A stretch of DNA of 53,611 nt, filler included, from Asterionella formosa (taxonomy: Eukaryota), in the NCBI GenBank assembly GCA_002256025.1. It is 4 parts of 4 records of this genome, joined end to end, with 100 filler letters (N's around TTAATTAATTAA, not from the genome) between each part and the next. Parts side by side here need not be neighbours in the genome. Positions count along the whole stretch, not along the records: positions 1 to 13,336 come from NKIB01006774.1; positions 13,437 to 26,761 come from NKIB01006778.1; 2 more parts are not named here. One strand, written 5' to 3'. Below, one piece after another: positions 11,891 through 23,958 of the stretch. Positions within the stretch are counted from its first letter, which is position 1; each line of letters begins with the position of its first letter. The notes under the pieces are model-generated. The model had not been told where the DNA came from and did no database searches. It saw only the letters and a program-made list of their open reading frames with translations. Position numbers and translations under genes: made by a program.

Positions 11891-13173
11891 GATTGCTGAT
11901 TGACTTCGAAAGGTATGTTGAGGAATTTATGTGCGTAAGCGAAACAATCGATAAGAAAGGCTTCTATAATAAATAATTCCATATAGTGGTTGGTATGCTG
12001 CAATGTGTATGATATACTCGAGTGGTACCAGGTATGATGCCAAAAAAGGAAGCAACGGGTGTACAAAACGGGAGGGTGCACATGGTACCTGCTACTCACC
12101 AATGGCACCAAATGACGAGAAAGTCCCATCAACGAGGTATGTACCACTTCCTACCAGGTCCTGGAAGTACAATCGAATCCTTTCATCCTACAAACGTCAA
12201 TACGTCATGTAATGCGGGTACCTGGTCCCTGGTACCAGGTACCTGGTATTTTGTGTGATAGTACCTGGTACCTGGTACCAGTTACTCTCAAGGTCCCTTG
12301 ACATGACACCAGTTGGGTGTCAAATGGTGTCTCTGCCTTGTGAGGTGATGTGGCTGTTTGTCAAACAATACGAGTACAAAACAATTAGCTGACTATTTTA
12401 GAAGTGACACACAGCAGAAGAATCCGAAAGCCGCCTCGACAGATTTTGAAAATACAAATCAGTAAATTCCAATATTTTTATTGGCTGGTAACCGTATCAG
12501 TCAGAACGCAATCCGATTTGCGACACATATGTGCGTATTTCACATGATTGCATGACGCCTGATCGACTTCAGAGAAACGCTTGGTTAACGGCATCAATCA
12601 GCGTTCAGCAAATCAGATTTGGAATCCGAGCTGACATGAATGATGTAATTTGTGCATGTGAACAACTCAGAATTCGAATGGGTTCCGAAGCCTTGACGCC
12701 CATTTCTCACGTCTCAGCGAATAGAATGCAGCATCTGTTTCCAAAGAAGTGCGTAGCTTGGTTTGTCTTTAGGGGTACATTTTGCGACGATGACCACCAT
12801 ATCCAATCATTTCCAATTTGGCATTCTCATCACTGGATTACTATTCCGATCTGCACGAGAGTGACATATGGCACCTCTTGCATACGACATCGCAGTTTCT
12901 CATTTGAAAAATTGTTACTTATTAAGTTTCCTGCATTTCAACCCTAGATGAGAGGAAGGGTTAAAAAGGTAATATTGAGTGATGGTTTGGTAAATATAGT
13001 ACTCCCACTTGTATACAGACCTTTTCTAAATAAAAATCAAAGGGTGAATTAAATTATCCTGTGGCATTGATAAGTTCGAACAGATTGAGTCATGTGCATA
13101 GAGACATACCCGCTATCTAATTACAGGTACCTGGTACCCTGGTACCGTACCTGGTCCGGGAATTCATGACAAG

Positions 13174-13326
13174 GTACTAGGCAATAGAATACGAAAATGA
13201 TCACGTGACTACGACATATACTAGCTGTGCAAATACTTTGGCTTTGGCTGTCACTACCGGTACATTCTACTATCACTCGTCCAGCACGTACTAGGCAATA
13301 GAATACGAAAATGATCACGTGACTAC
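13174..13326. repeat. Direct repeat (39-bp identical core, 114-bp period) at the contig end
   Basis: GTACTAGGCAATAGAATACGAAAATGATCACGTGACTAC occurs at 13174 and 13288. The contig ends ~10 bp later. Confidence 0.85.
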
Positions 13327-13336
13327 AACAAATACA

Positions 13337-13436
13337 NNNNNNNNNNNNNNNNNNNNNNNNNNNNNNNNNNNNNNNNNNNNTTAATTAATTAANNNNNNNN
13401 NNNNNNNNNNNNNNNNNNNNNNNNNNNNNNNNNNNN
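13337..13436. other. Artificial assembly spacer
   Basis: N44-TTAATTAATTAA-N44, 100 nt, stops in all six frames. Confidence 0.98.
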
Positions 13437-13660
13437 TGTCTGTTCAGTATACACAGTATATACGGTAATCTCCTACATACACAAGCAGGCAGGCCCAGGA
13501 AACCAAGTGCAGGTATATATAGAAAATATTGGGATATGCATGGCTGTGATACAACTTCTATGTAGCGGTAGTAAATGCATTATTTTTGCAAGGCTCACAA
13601 ATATCTTTCATCCCTGACTCTGTGCTCAGCTTCAATTGATCTCAATTCATCCTCTCTACG

Positions 13661-14368
13661 ATGACTCCTAATCGTTGCAACATCTATGATACGTTCTGCA
13701 TCATGTTTGCAATGGTCGCTTTGGGATTCTCCGTGTCTTCTGTTGTCCAGTCGCACCAAATGGACAGGTCAGCTCCAGAAGCCGCTGACGCTGGCTTGCA
13801 TCTCCTCTCTTGTCCGAACCTCTTTGATCAGGTTGAATATGGCACCGATGAGAGATACAGGAATATTCGTCTAAGTCTCGAAGGTTCTGAGCTTCTCATG
13901 GGTGCACTGAAGGACAGCATGGCGCATGCTCGTGTCGTTCATACTGGAAACACAAACAAGAGGAATCAAGGTCCCTTCGTAGCTCTCTCGAAAGTCATCG
14001 CGGAACAATTTGGACTCGATGCCGATCAATCCGTTGATGTAAATGTTCCTCGCAGATCGGACAGTTTGCACCTCTGTGGAGTGCTCAAAAATATTGTTGA
14101 TAACGACAATACCGGGGAACTGGACTCGAAGGTGACCATCAGTATCCTGAAGCTTGAGCGCGAAGAAGAACCCTCGTTTCTACTTCGGGGCGCCAGGATG
14201 GTGGTGGATCATCCCCTTGTCGACAATATCATCGTAAAGCTGTCGGACTTAGACCAGGCTCTGAAGCATGCCTTGACCGCTTTTCATCAAAAAGCTCAGG
14301 CTAGCATCCCTTCTGGATCATCGCCGCAGTTAGAGGGCGAGATTTCAGCTGGTTCCTTGCAATCCTAA
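13661..14368 (+). CDS. Hypothetical membrane-anchored protein, 235 aa, with a degenerate FkbM/Methyltransf_21-like C-terminal motif
   Basis: Intact ORF with coding-like composition and N-terminal hydrophobic helix (FCIMFAMVALGFSVSSVV). ISILKLEREEEPSFLLRGARMVV..VDNIIVKL resembles the FkbM motif IxLLKIDVEGxExxVLxGA. Confidence 0.55.
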   Translation: MTPNRCNIYDTFCIMFAMVALGFSVSSVVQSHQMDRSAPEAADAGLHLLSCPNLFDQVEYGTDERYRNIRLSLEGSELLMGALKDSMAHARVVHTGNTNKRNQGPFVALSKVIAEQFGLDADQSVDVNVPRRSDSLHLCGVLKNIVDNDNTGELDSKVTISILKLEREEEPSFLLRGARMVVDHPLVDNIIVKLSDLDQALKHALTAFHQKAQASIPSGSSPQLEGEISAGSLQS

Positions 14369-14972
14369 ATTTCTGGATAGTTTTCTATCTACTTTTCGAC
14401 GCTGTAAATTTATTCTCGCGCTCACTACTATAACCAAACCACCTTTCAACAACAATTTCGTAGTGGATAATATCACATCAAATGAAATTTGGCCCACCTG
14501 TAACCGACGATATACCCTTTCTTTTATATTTTGGGTAGCCTAGATTTCCAATATATTTTCATTCATTGGCAGTTGGACTCAAACACTGAAATTATGATTC
14601 AAAACTAAATCTTGACGGCTGCTAAATAAGTTTTGAATGGAATACCAAGGAATTGTGAAGTAATAGTGGCACGAGACAAAGTGATGAGTAGCACTCATCA
14701 GGAGAAACAGGGTCCTACCGCCTTTCACTACTTCCTGTAGCTAGCATATCACATTCTTTTCTTGTTTTTATGTATTACCCTTTTACACGTAGGAAGGATA
14801 AGGCTTCTGCCTAGATAGTATTGATTCTTAATTTCGAATAAAAACTATAAATGTCCTCAATATTCAACCATTGCGAAATCCCTATGACTCCCAAGGGCTA
14901 AGGAGCCATAACTCAAGCACCGATACCACTCATCATAAAAAGCCCACCACTTCAGCAGAAGTGAGAGCCAAA

Positions 14973-16968
14973 TTAGCCGCTGAGTTGAGTAGTACTGCTG
15001 CTAATACTACCATACAGGTTGTTGCCCCCTGGTTGGATAGGATCACCCCAAATTGGAGTGAGACACTGGCTATTTCCAGATGTAGTCAAAGTGCTCAACT
15101 CGGATGCAATTGAGGACACGAGGGGAACATGAATCCCCAATTCGTCCTCGGGCATCAACGGATAACGACTTTCCTTCCACCCGCCTCCACGAGATGGCGT
15201 GAACTTTATAACTGTGTGCATTGGGACTTCAATAGACATGCACTTCTCGACTGGCGAGGCACGAAAATAAGCGATTAGGGTTTGCAAGACGCTCACATGG
15301 CTCACAACCAAGACGGGTGAGACTTGCTGCTCCACATCAATAATAACAGTTTCTAACCGATTGATTACATCACGATAGCACTCTCCACCGGGAAATCTGC
15401 AATGACATGTGGTCAGCAACACAGCAATACTAAAATGAACAACATATGCACTCAACAATTGCATTACCATACCTTGTAAAAAAAGGATCTTGTTCTAGCT
15501 TGGCGTACCAGTTTGAGTCCACTTCCTTGATTTCACCGAGCTCCATTCCTGCATAATCACCCTTATCGAGGGGATTGAGATTTGAAAGAGTGTCGATCGG
15601 AAACCTATGATAGTCCCAGTCCACGGTCTCGACAGCTCTTGGCATGGTACTGGTGAAAATCCTGCAAGGAAAAGGTAACTCTTTTCCGTCAATACCAACT
15701 TCGTTCTTGAAGGATGACAGTCCTGTTCTGGAAGTTCCTGTATGGAGGCTGCGATGGTACATCGATTCTACAGCTGCCCGCTCCATCATAAATTCATTGC
15801 CCTCCATCGCGATGAAGTTCCAAAGTTCATTTCGAAACGACTGGCCAGTTGGACCAAGGCTATTGTTCCTGTTCGAAAGCTTTCTTGTGTGCACTGTCAA
15901 ATCCATGTCTCCAACTTTAGCAACATAGTCTTCTTCATCTGTTTTCACATTACTTGGCACCTTGCCGGGTCTACAAAGGAATACAGGCCTGGTACCTACA
16001 TTCCAAGCCATTAATGCAGGCACAATGAGTTTGGCCATTCGACCGTAGATATGATTGACCATGAGTTTCGTCGAAAGGTTGAAGATTTTGATGTACGACT
16101 GACTTTCGTCAGTTATTGTTTCATACTGCTCTTCGTACTTTTGAACGCGAACCATGAGATCTGCCATTGCGTCGTCTATGTTCATATCTTTGTAATCCGG
16201 ACTACTTTCCACTTTGAATTTGTAGTTTTCGCGCAGCAAATCGATATCATCACAAATAGACTCAACAAAAACCACACCTGTTGGCTTTCCCGCACGTTTC
16301 GAGGGATGCGTACACTGATCTAAGATCCAAGCTCGTCTCTTCGCCGTAGAATTGGTTGCATCAAAAATTGCAATCCGGTCCGAATTATGCTGCCCTTCCC
16401 TGGACCAATCCGCATTCGAGGCAGATGTCGAAACGCTTTCAGCGTCTTCGTCTTCTCCATCCAGCCATTTCAGCATATCTATAAGTGCCATTTCTGCAAC
16501 TTTCTCCCTCAAAGTCGCTGCACTTACGTTGTTTGCGTCGAAAAAGTCGGCGTTGCAGGCTCCACTTTCGGCTCGCCCATCATCTGGAGACTTTGTGGCT
16601 AGCTCCGCTGCTGCTTCTCTTCGATATTTTCCCACATTAAAGACCTTGGTTTGTATTGTTCTCCATGTTAGAAAGGACAGAAGTTTGCGGGCAACAAAGC
16701 TTTTCCCCCTGGCTGGCAGACCAACCAAGGCAATAACCAGTCTTTTGGAATTACCAGTCAGGTTGTTCCTCTGAATCAAAAGGGCAGAGGATCAGATTCG
16801 AATACAGGGCAACATGCTTCATTGAGCATTAGCAACGTATCTTGTGACCAAATCTGATGGGGAGCCCAAACTCACCTTGGTTAGCTTTCGAAGCGTCAAC
16901 GGTGTCACTTGTGCTGCTTCTTCGTTTCCCGCTGTGTAGTAGGAGCTATTGGCGTCTCCGGTTGCCAT
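14973..16968 (-). CDS. 6-phosphofructo-2-kinase/fructose-2,6-bisphosphatase family protein; exons 16968-16876, 16770-15473, 15396-14973
   Basis: Kinase P-loop LVGLPARGKS, FNVGKYRR, IFDATNST, VFVESICDD. Phosphatase-like half TSTMPRAVET, R|FPGGECYRD, LVVSH. Introns 16771-16875 and 15397-15472 have GT-AG ends and preserve the frame. Confidence 0.92.
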
Positions 16969-18484
16969 GGAGAAGTGTTAAGGATGAGAATGCCTGGTGT
17001 GTGCTGACGTGATGAAAACGCTCAATGTTGCGGCGAGGATAAAATGATTCTTCAAATATGTGCCAGAAAAAAAGGTTCTTTCCTGGTTGGAAGTATGTTG
17101 TTGTTTCGGTAGTACGTACTGTTGTCCTTTCGTCATATCATCCAATGTATCGGTCTATCGTACTGTACTTTCATGTAAACCAAGTACCGGTGGCACCTTG
17201 TACAAACTATAGTAGATATCAAATGTGTGGTTTACATACCGGGATTTGTATGACGTTGTGGACCCTGTTACATACCTGTATCATGTTGGAGCAATAAAAG
17301 CTCAAACTGAAAGGTCGGAAGTTGGAGATTCAAATTCTTCAATCTTTTGGGTGTTTTCGATTCTATGATATATTACCGGTACCAGGTAGTATGGATGTGC
17401 TAATGTATGTATTCCGTTATGGAGTACAGAATGATTGTTCTACATAAATTGTATGTGTAAATCGTCATTCCGGTATATAAACCATATACCGCGATTTAAT
17501 TTTGTAGATGTATGTATGGCTATAGGCTGAATTGAACAGCTTCGTACTCCTTCCCACATGAGGCTATCTTATCTCCTTACGTAAAACGTACCTGTTGTAG
17601 TGCTAGTATTTATACCTATTGTTGCTAGCCTTTTCGTAGTTTTCGCTATTGACCTCTCTCTGTCAATTCTCACTGTTTCTTAAAATAATAAGCGTACAGT
17701 ACTCTAATAACATAGTTTCAATCCCATTCATCACAATTTGAGAACCTGTTGTTCGTGTTCCCTTTTCGCTGCTGTGGAAACCTTATTCTGATTGATCTGA
17801 AACATCAATCTCGTTAGCTACTGGTGGTTTCTTGACATTGGAATGCTCTTTTAGATTCATTGGACTATAATCGAGTCCACAATTCTCGTGACTCATATTA
17901 GCCATTGATACTACGGTACTTGTATATTCTTGACATGCTTGCACAATATTCAAAATAATGATAAATGTACAGTAGTAAGCTAAATGTAACAAATGTATGC
18001 CTGTACCGGGTGGTCTCCATGAGGACAAACATACAAGAAGCAATGTACCGACTGGTTCATAGGTTTGTCACGAGTAGCATCTCGAGATAGAGTCGGCTCC
18101 AGAGATCTCTGTCTTATCTTTTCGGTATAGCTATCAGCTCTCAAATAGTCTGGGTCAAAGGCCTACGGCGTCACTCGATCTAGCCATAGGCTGAAATAAA
18201 CATTCAGAGCTAGAATAAAGAGCATAACTGTATTTTTCTCGAGCACATCGCAAGCCCATTGCCAAAGCATCTTTCCCGCAGCTAGTGAGATGGGGACTAT
18301 ACAAACAGGACAACAAATCAACACTATCAATGAATTAAATTGCTACAGTGCAGAATAGACCTATCAATCTCTCCAATAGGATACTTTGTCAAACTATGTC
18401 ATAAGTAAGTTGCATTCACAACAACTCTACTAAATGCTTATTACACTAGATCGATCGCCTGATTGTAAGACATCTGCTTGGTGT

Positions 18485-20046
18485 TCACTTCTTGGCAGAG
18501 TTCATAGCAAGAGAATATAGGAGCGTTCCAAAGATGGCAATAGACGATCCAACAATGCTTCCTGTGCTCATTGGAGTTTTGAAGGCAATGACGGAAGCAA
18601 CGATGATGACAACACGCTTAATGGTGTTTCCAACAGCATGGGTGACGGGATTGACCTATGGAAGGAAAGTGATTGGATGTGTTAGAAATAGACACAAACA
18701 ATTTCAAAGAAATTTGAAGTATTTATGGCAAAACACATACCTTTCCGAGGGCAAGGAAGGCAACCTCGTTGTACGCATAGTAAGAAGCACCACCAAGTGC
18801 AAGAAGTGTTGAAAGGGACTTGGTAGTGTACTGGCCTGCCTTAACAAGGTCACCAAAAGCCTTGAACATGCCGGTACCCTCAATTGCAAGAGCTGTAGGG
18901 ATGAGCATCAAGGCGGACATTGCAGTCAAGACAGCGTAAAGGTTCTGGGCATCAAGGTTTTCGCCGATCTTCTTTCCAGACATCGTTTTCTTGGAAAGAA
19001 CGCCGCGGGCCGCAGAGGAAACATTAGAGAGCATTGCAGCTGCGAGAGCTAGAACCGTAAATGAGAGTTCCTTCATGGAGGCGATAGCAACTCCTCCAAT
19101 AATTGGGAGAAGAGTCAAGTAAACTTTAGTGGGGAGGATCTGTCCAAGGAGAAGGGCATTAAGTCCACAGGTAACGACAGGCTCCGAAGCCTTGACAATG
19201 TGAGCAAACGACACGGCTCCTGCACCGAGAGCAATGACAGCTCCGACGTGGACACCAGTATGGCAAAGGGCAATAGGGATAAGGGTTTTGATGTCATCCA
19301 TACTGAGCTTGGGTGCCTTGCGAAGGCCAGTGAGCCACAAGGGGACAAAGTAAAAAACTCCAGCAACCATCTGAATGGTCGCGACAGTCCAAGGGAAGGC
19401 AAGCGCGTTCAAGGATTGCTTGTTATAAATATTGTAGGCAATGTTGAACAGGTACCAAAGGGCGAAATACATGCCGACTTGAAGAGTCTCGCCCAAACCG
19501 CCCTTTGGTTCATCAGCTTTTGCAGCAACTGCACCTCCAGCAGAAGAAAGGGCAAGAGAAGTAGAACTCTTCACGTCACTCCTAAGAAAATGGAAGAGCA
19601 AGGTTAAGAAAGCATGAGAAAACTTATATTCTTTGTTTAATACTGAGATAATATGAATAGAATCTAGGAAGTTGTTGGTCGGATCTTCTGTTCGAGAATC
19701 GAGAACACAAAACCATCTTCCGGTCAGGTCTCGCTTGCACTTGTTATAGACGGTACTGAACAAAGAAAAATTGCAATTCAGAGGCGTTGAAACAAATGCT
19801 AAGGCATTCATGTTTTACTTTTGCTCCTCAGTTTGTACAACAACGCTACACGTCAACAGATTCGCCCAATACGCGCCGATGGACTGACATCTCCGAAGGA
19901 ACTCACTTTGAAAAAGGAAGGCGAGGTCCGTTCTTGACGACATTCGTGCTGACAATACTCTTGACAGCAGGACCAGGAATGAAGGCACTGGCGGTAACAC
20001 CAGTGGCGGCCAAGGCCAAGACGAGTAAAGCTTTCTTCATCATCAT
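18485..20046 (-). CDS. TPT: Plastid triose-phosphate/phosphate translocator (TPT family); exons 20046-19907, 19581-18741, 18655-18485, possible micro-exon 19755-19741
   Basis: Presequence MMMKKALLVLALAATGVTASAFIP. Motifs YFALWYLFNIAYNIYNK, AVSFAHIVKASEP and GK|VNPVTHAVGNTIKRVVII. GT-AG introns keep the frame. Confidence 0.93.
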
Positions 20047-20596
20047 GGCTTTTGGGTGCAAGGTTCAAAGTCTGAAGTTGGGTATCATTACACTTCAGCG
20101 GACAACACGACGTCAACATGTGAATGCCGTGCGTGGCGAAATTGCCGCCGAGACAAACGTACGTGAAACATAAACCGATCCATTCGACTTCGACTTTTAC
20201 GCAAAACGGGGGTACCAAGTACGAGGTACCGCCTGGTACCTGGTACCAGTTACTCTGTGTGGTCATCATGTACTCACAATGTGTTAGTAGAACCTACGAG
20301 AGATCCCATAATGTATCAGGACAGCAGTCTTGACATATATACCAGAACATAAATACTTAAACATGTATTCCTACATACTGAACAGTAGACTACCTGGTAC
20401 CGGTACCGGTATGTACATGGAAGACCTCACATACTGATGGTACCAGGTACCTCGTACCAAGAACCTCCGGTATACTATACTACAATACTACTACGAATGG
20501 GTACCCGAGAAAGAATCGACTACCGGTAGAAGCGGAATCCTTTAAGGCCATACGTGTTGTCGTAGTCTTGTGCTGCATTGGTGTAGGTTTACTATA

Positions 20597-20822
20597 GCAC
20601 CTTCGACAAAGCTCGCTATATGTACGTGTATCGACTGGGTACCTGGAAGTCTACTGGTACCTGGTACATGTAGAGTCGAAGCTATGTAGTGCAGTGGTAC
20701 CATAGTTAAGTAAGCACTTTCGACAAAACTCGTGATATATGATAATTGTATATAATATCTAGCCGTAGCTATGTAGAGCACTAGTAAACTAGCACCTTTG
20801 ACAAATCTCGCTATATCTACTG
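20597..20822. repeat. Three imperfect ~28-bp direct repeats upstream of TPT
   Basis: GCACCTTCGACAAAGCTCGCTATAT (~20598), GCACTTTCGACAAAACTCGTGATAT (~20714) and GCACCTTTGACAAATCTCGCTATAT (~20791). Confidence 0.7.
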
Positions 20823-22594
20823 CCTTGTATAGAGTGGGTAATACCATCACCTCTAATAGTTTTGTCATGGAATGAAATCCCTTTGTTGTACCTCAGTTAT
20901 CTAGTAATATGCATGTTAACATGCAAACCATGGAACTACTAGTAGATAAAATAGAAAATAACAATTGAAGTAGTAAACATGCAATGTAAATACTAAAGTG
21001 ATTGCAAATTTTAAGATTTAAATGAAATTATCTAAACACACAGCAGTGAGTGCCCACCAGTGCAACAATCTTGTATCAGATGCATGAGTATGTATGACAC
21101 TATTTGGTCTTGGCCATATGGCTCATAAATTCGGTCTATTGCTGTGTTTGCAGGAGTATAGCCAGCATGAAATAGCATTGCCACTGTCTCCCACAGAACT
21201 TTGCACCAGCAGTAAATGAATTTCACTCTACTACTCCTTTCAACCCTTGTAAATAGCCTTGCTGGCTTTTCCCCTCCAATCCCAACCTCCCATTCCTGTG
21301 AAAGAACAACTAGAGTCGTTTTGGTGTCTTACTACTATTGTAGTCTGGATCAACAGCCATTTGGCTCTCCAAATCGTTTCGTTTTGGATTAAAGTACTGA
21401 AAGACTATTTAGTTTTAAGCAAATGATGGACTCAACTTTAAGCAAGACATTTTTAAGCAATATTTTGCTTAAACTTTGCAGACATGCATGGCTGCACAGT
21501 CCTTAATTCATATGTATATGGCTGTATGTGTCGCTACAGAAGGAAAGAGATTTACCAGCATTGGTCTACCAGTATATCAACAATACTATGATGGTAATAA
21601 CAGTGGATCGCAACGTGTAGCAATATTTCATAATGGTTTTCTGCACTCCTGTGAGCACTCCCATCTATGCTGCATAAAGGGGCTGCCAAACATTCACGAT
21701 ACGGTATTACTAGTAGTTTTGACAGCATGTTTGACATTTGTCAGCTTTCACCACTATACAACTTGCCAATTCATAATCAATCAGTTCTCAGTCGATAAAT
21801 GACTTTTTTAACATCTGTTGCTCCAATTATTCATGTTATTGACGTAGTCGTAGTCTTATTTGTTGTGTAATTACTGTAAAAGTGCCAAAGCTCCTCGTAA
21901 CATGTCATTTTAAAAATTGTGCATCACTGGTTTACTTGAAAAATGTGCCATCAGCGACTTCAATTTAGGTTGTCAATATCAGTGTAATTAGCATAATTGT
22001 TTTGATTGTATTGTCGATGGTGTCGTTATTGTACATGTCAAAAATAGTCGTTCTGATTTTTCATTAAGTTATTTGTTATCTTTGTCGTGGTCAAAACTGA
22101 GACAACAGTAGGCAATATTCTCTCACCAGCCGTTCAGAATGACTACACTGTAGTGTTTAAAATAGAGAAAAAGCATAATCTAAGCTAAATAAATACATTC
22201 TAGTGCCTATGTGGGCTGCCTCGGGGACCCTGTACATGAATTCATCACAAGGCAAGGTGTATGATATACTACATGTTTCATGGGAAATGCATTGGTTACT
22301 TCACCTTATGTTTACCGGTATGTTGTATCATTAACTACAGTGTTATGTATTTATGTGGCTGTGATGGTATTTGGTTTGACATGATGACATCACACATGAA
22401 GGGAAATTGATACTTTAAGCAAATGCACTTCAAGCAAACCGGTCAAACGTTAAGCAAATCCTACTAGCTAGCTATGGTACCAACTGGCAGAATAAGTAAA
22501 AGATAGCGTCTGTGAATATATTTTCCATAAGATCTAACGTTTTACTCAGCATAAGTTTAAAAAAACTGATTGATTATTCAAATATTTTGATAGG

Positions 22595-22950
22595 TTGATG
22601 ATAATTTTGATATATCAACGGCCATATCTGTATGATCAATCAAATTTGTTCATTAGGTTACTAGCATACACATGTTAGGTTATGCGTATATAAGAACTCG
22701 TATATATTAGTTACCAAATCTAATCGGTTATTCCAAATTGTTGATGTATTGATCAAATGTTGCTGTGTAAAGTTGATGATGTTATGTTGATGACAATTTT
22801 GATATATCAATGACCGTGTCAGTGTGGTCAATCAAATTTGTTTGTCAGATTACTTTCTTACACACGTCAGGTTACGCATAGATAGAAGGCATATATATTG
22901 GTTATCAAATTTAATCTGCTAACCAAATGCTTTGATATATTGATACGTTG
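22595..22950. repeat. Diverged ~192-bp dimer inside the transposon's AT-rich arm, also at ~46345-46690 in reverse
   Basis: TTGATGA(T/C)AATTTTGATATATCAA...TCAATCAAATTTGTT...ATATATT(A/G)GTTA occurs at ~22595 and ~22787. Confidence 0.8.
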
Positions 22951-23958
22951 TTTGTGTGATCAATAGCTGTTGCTCTTTGATCAATTATTGTTTTTGCGAA
23001 GGTTATGACTTAACACAGATCACCTTATGTGTATGTAAACCTTGTACCCAACGATGCTATCAGAATGAATTCTGTGCAACAACGGTGCGTTCCTTGTTGC
23101 CATTCCGATTTGAATGCTCTACCGGTACATGCTTTGATCCAATTCTTGTACCGGTAGTATTCGTCATTATCTCTCCATTCGCATATCAGTAATCGAATTT
23201 CTTATAAGCCATGTGCGTTCGTCAAATCCCTTACGAGCTACCTTCTTGCGGGGACGACGATGATCTCAGTCTTATGACGAATGATATGGTCTCGATATTG
23301 GTGGGGAATTATGCTGGCGGAGTTTGATTGCTTGTTTGTTACTCGAAATCAAAAGCTTTGGTCAATTTATACGACAGAATTGGAGAACGATGCATTGAAG
23401 GCCATACCCGATTCCAATTCCAACCGAAATCAAGAAGATAGTACCTTTTGATCATAATTCGCCCATTGCGAACATTGATCCGTATTTCGAATCTGTTCTT
23501 CAAGATGAGATGTGGATCAAAGTGAAGATGGAACAGATGGCGGCGCAGTTTGTTGCTCATGGCCTTAATCATGGGTCTTTCATTCTCGTTGACTAGCTAT
23601 TGTTGAGCACATTTTTATGCTGCAGAATTAGAGCTGCAACATCACTAATCAGAGAGTAGTAGCATCACATGAACCTTGAATAGCAGGGGGTTCGAAATAA
23701 CAATCGTACATTTGCTTAATAACATTGTACTATCCCATTGTTTTAAGAAATCTCTTTATCGGCAACATCAGAGGCACTACATAGGACAGCCTAACCACAT
23801 TGCCACACACATAGTTTCCACAAAGTGACCGCTATATTTATATAGCTTATATATATAAGTAGTGTAGCTTGTCCCACACATATGTTCTTGCCACTTCAAA
23901 GAAGTGTAAAATATTTATGAGGGTACGAGAACCTTTATTCAATTAATAGCTGATTCCA

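Noticed and set aside
12531..12947. 138-aa ORF and possible heat-shock elements upstream of HSF
   Set aside because: No recognisable domain, non-ATG start, and no complete nGAAnnTTCnnGAAn found.
13381..13392. TTAATTAATTAA palindrome as a biological site
   Set aside because: Identical in all three N-gaps; an artificial six-frame-stop linker.
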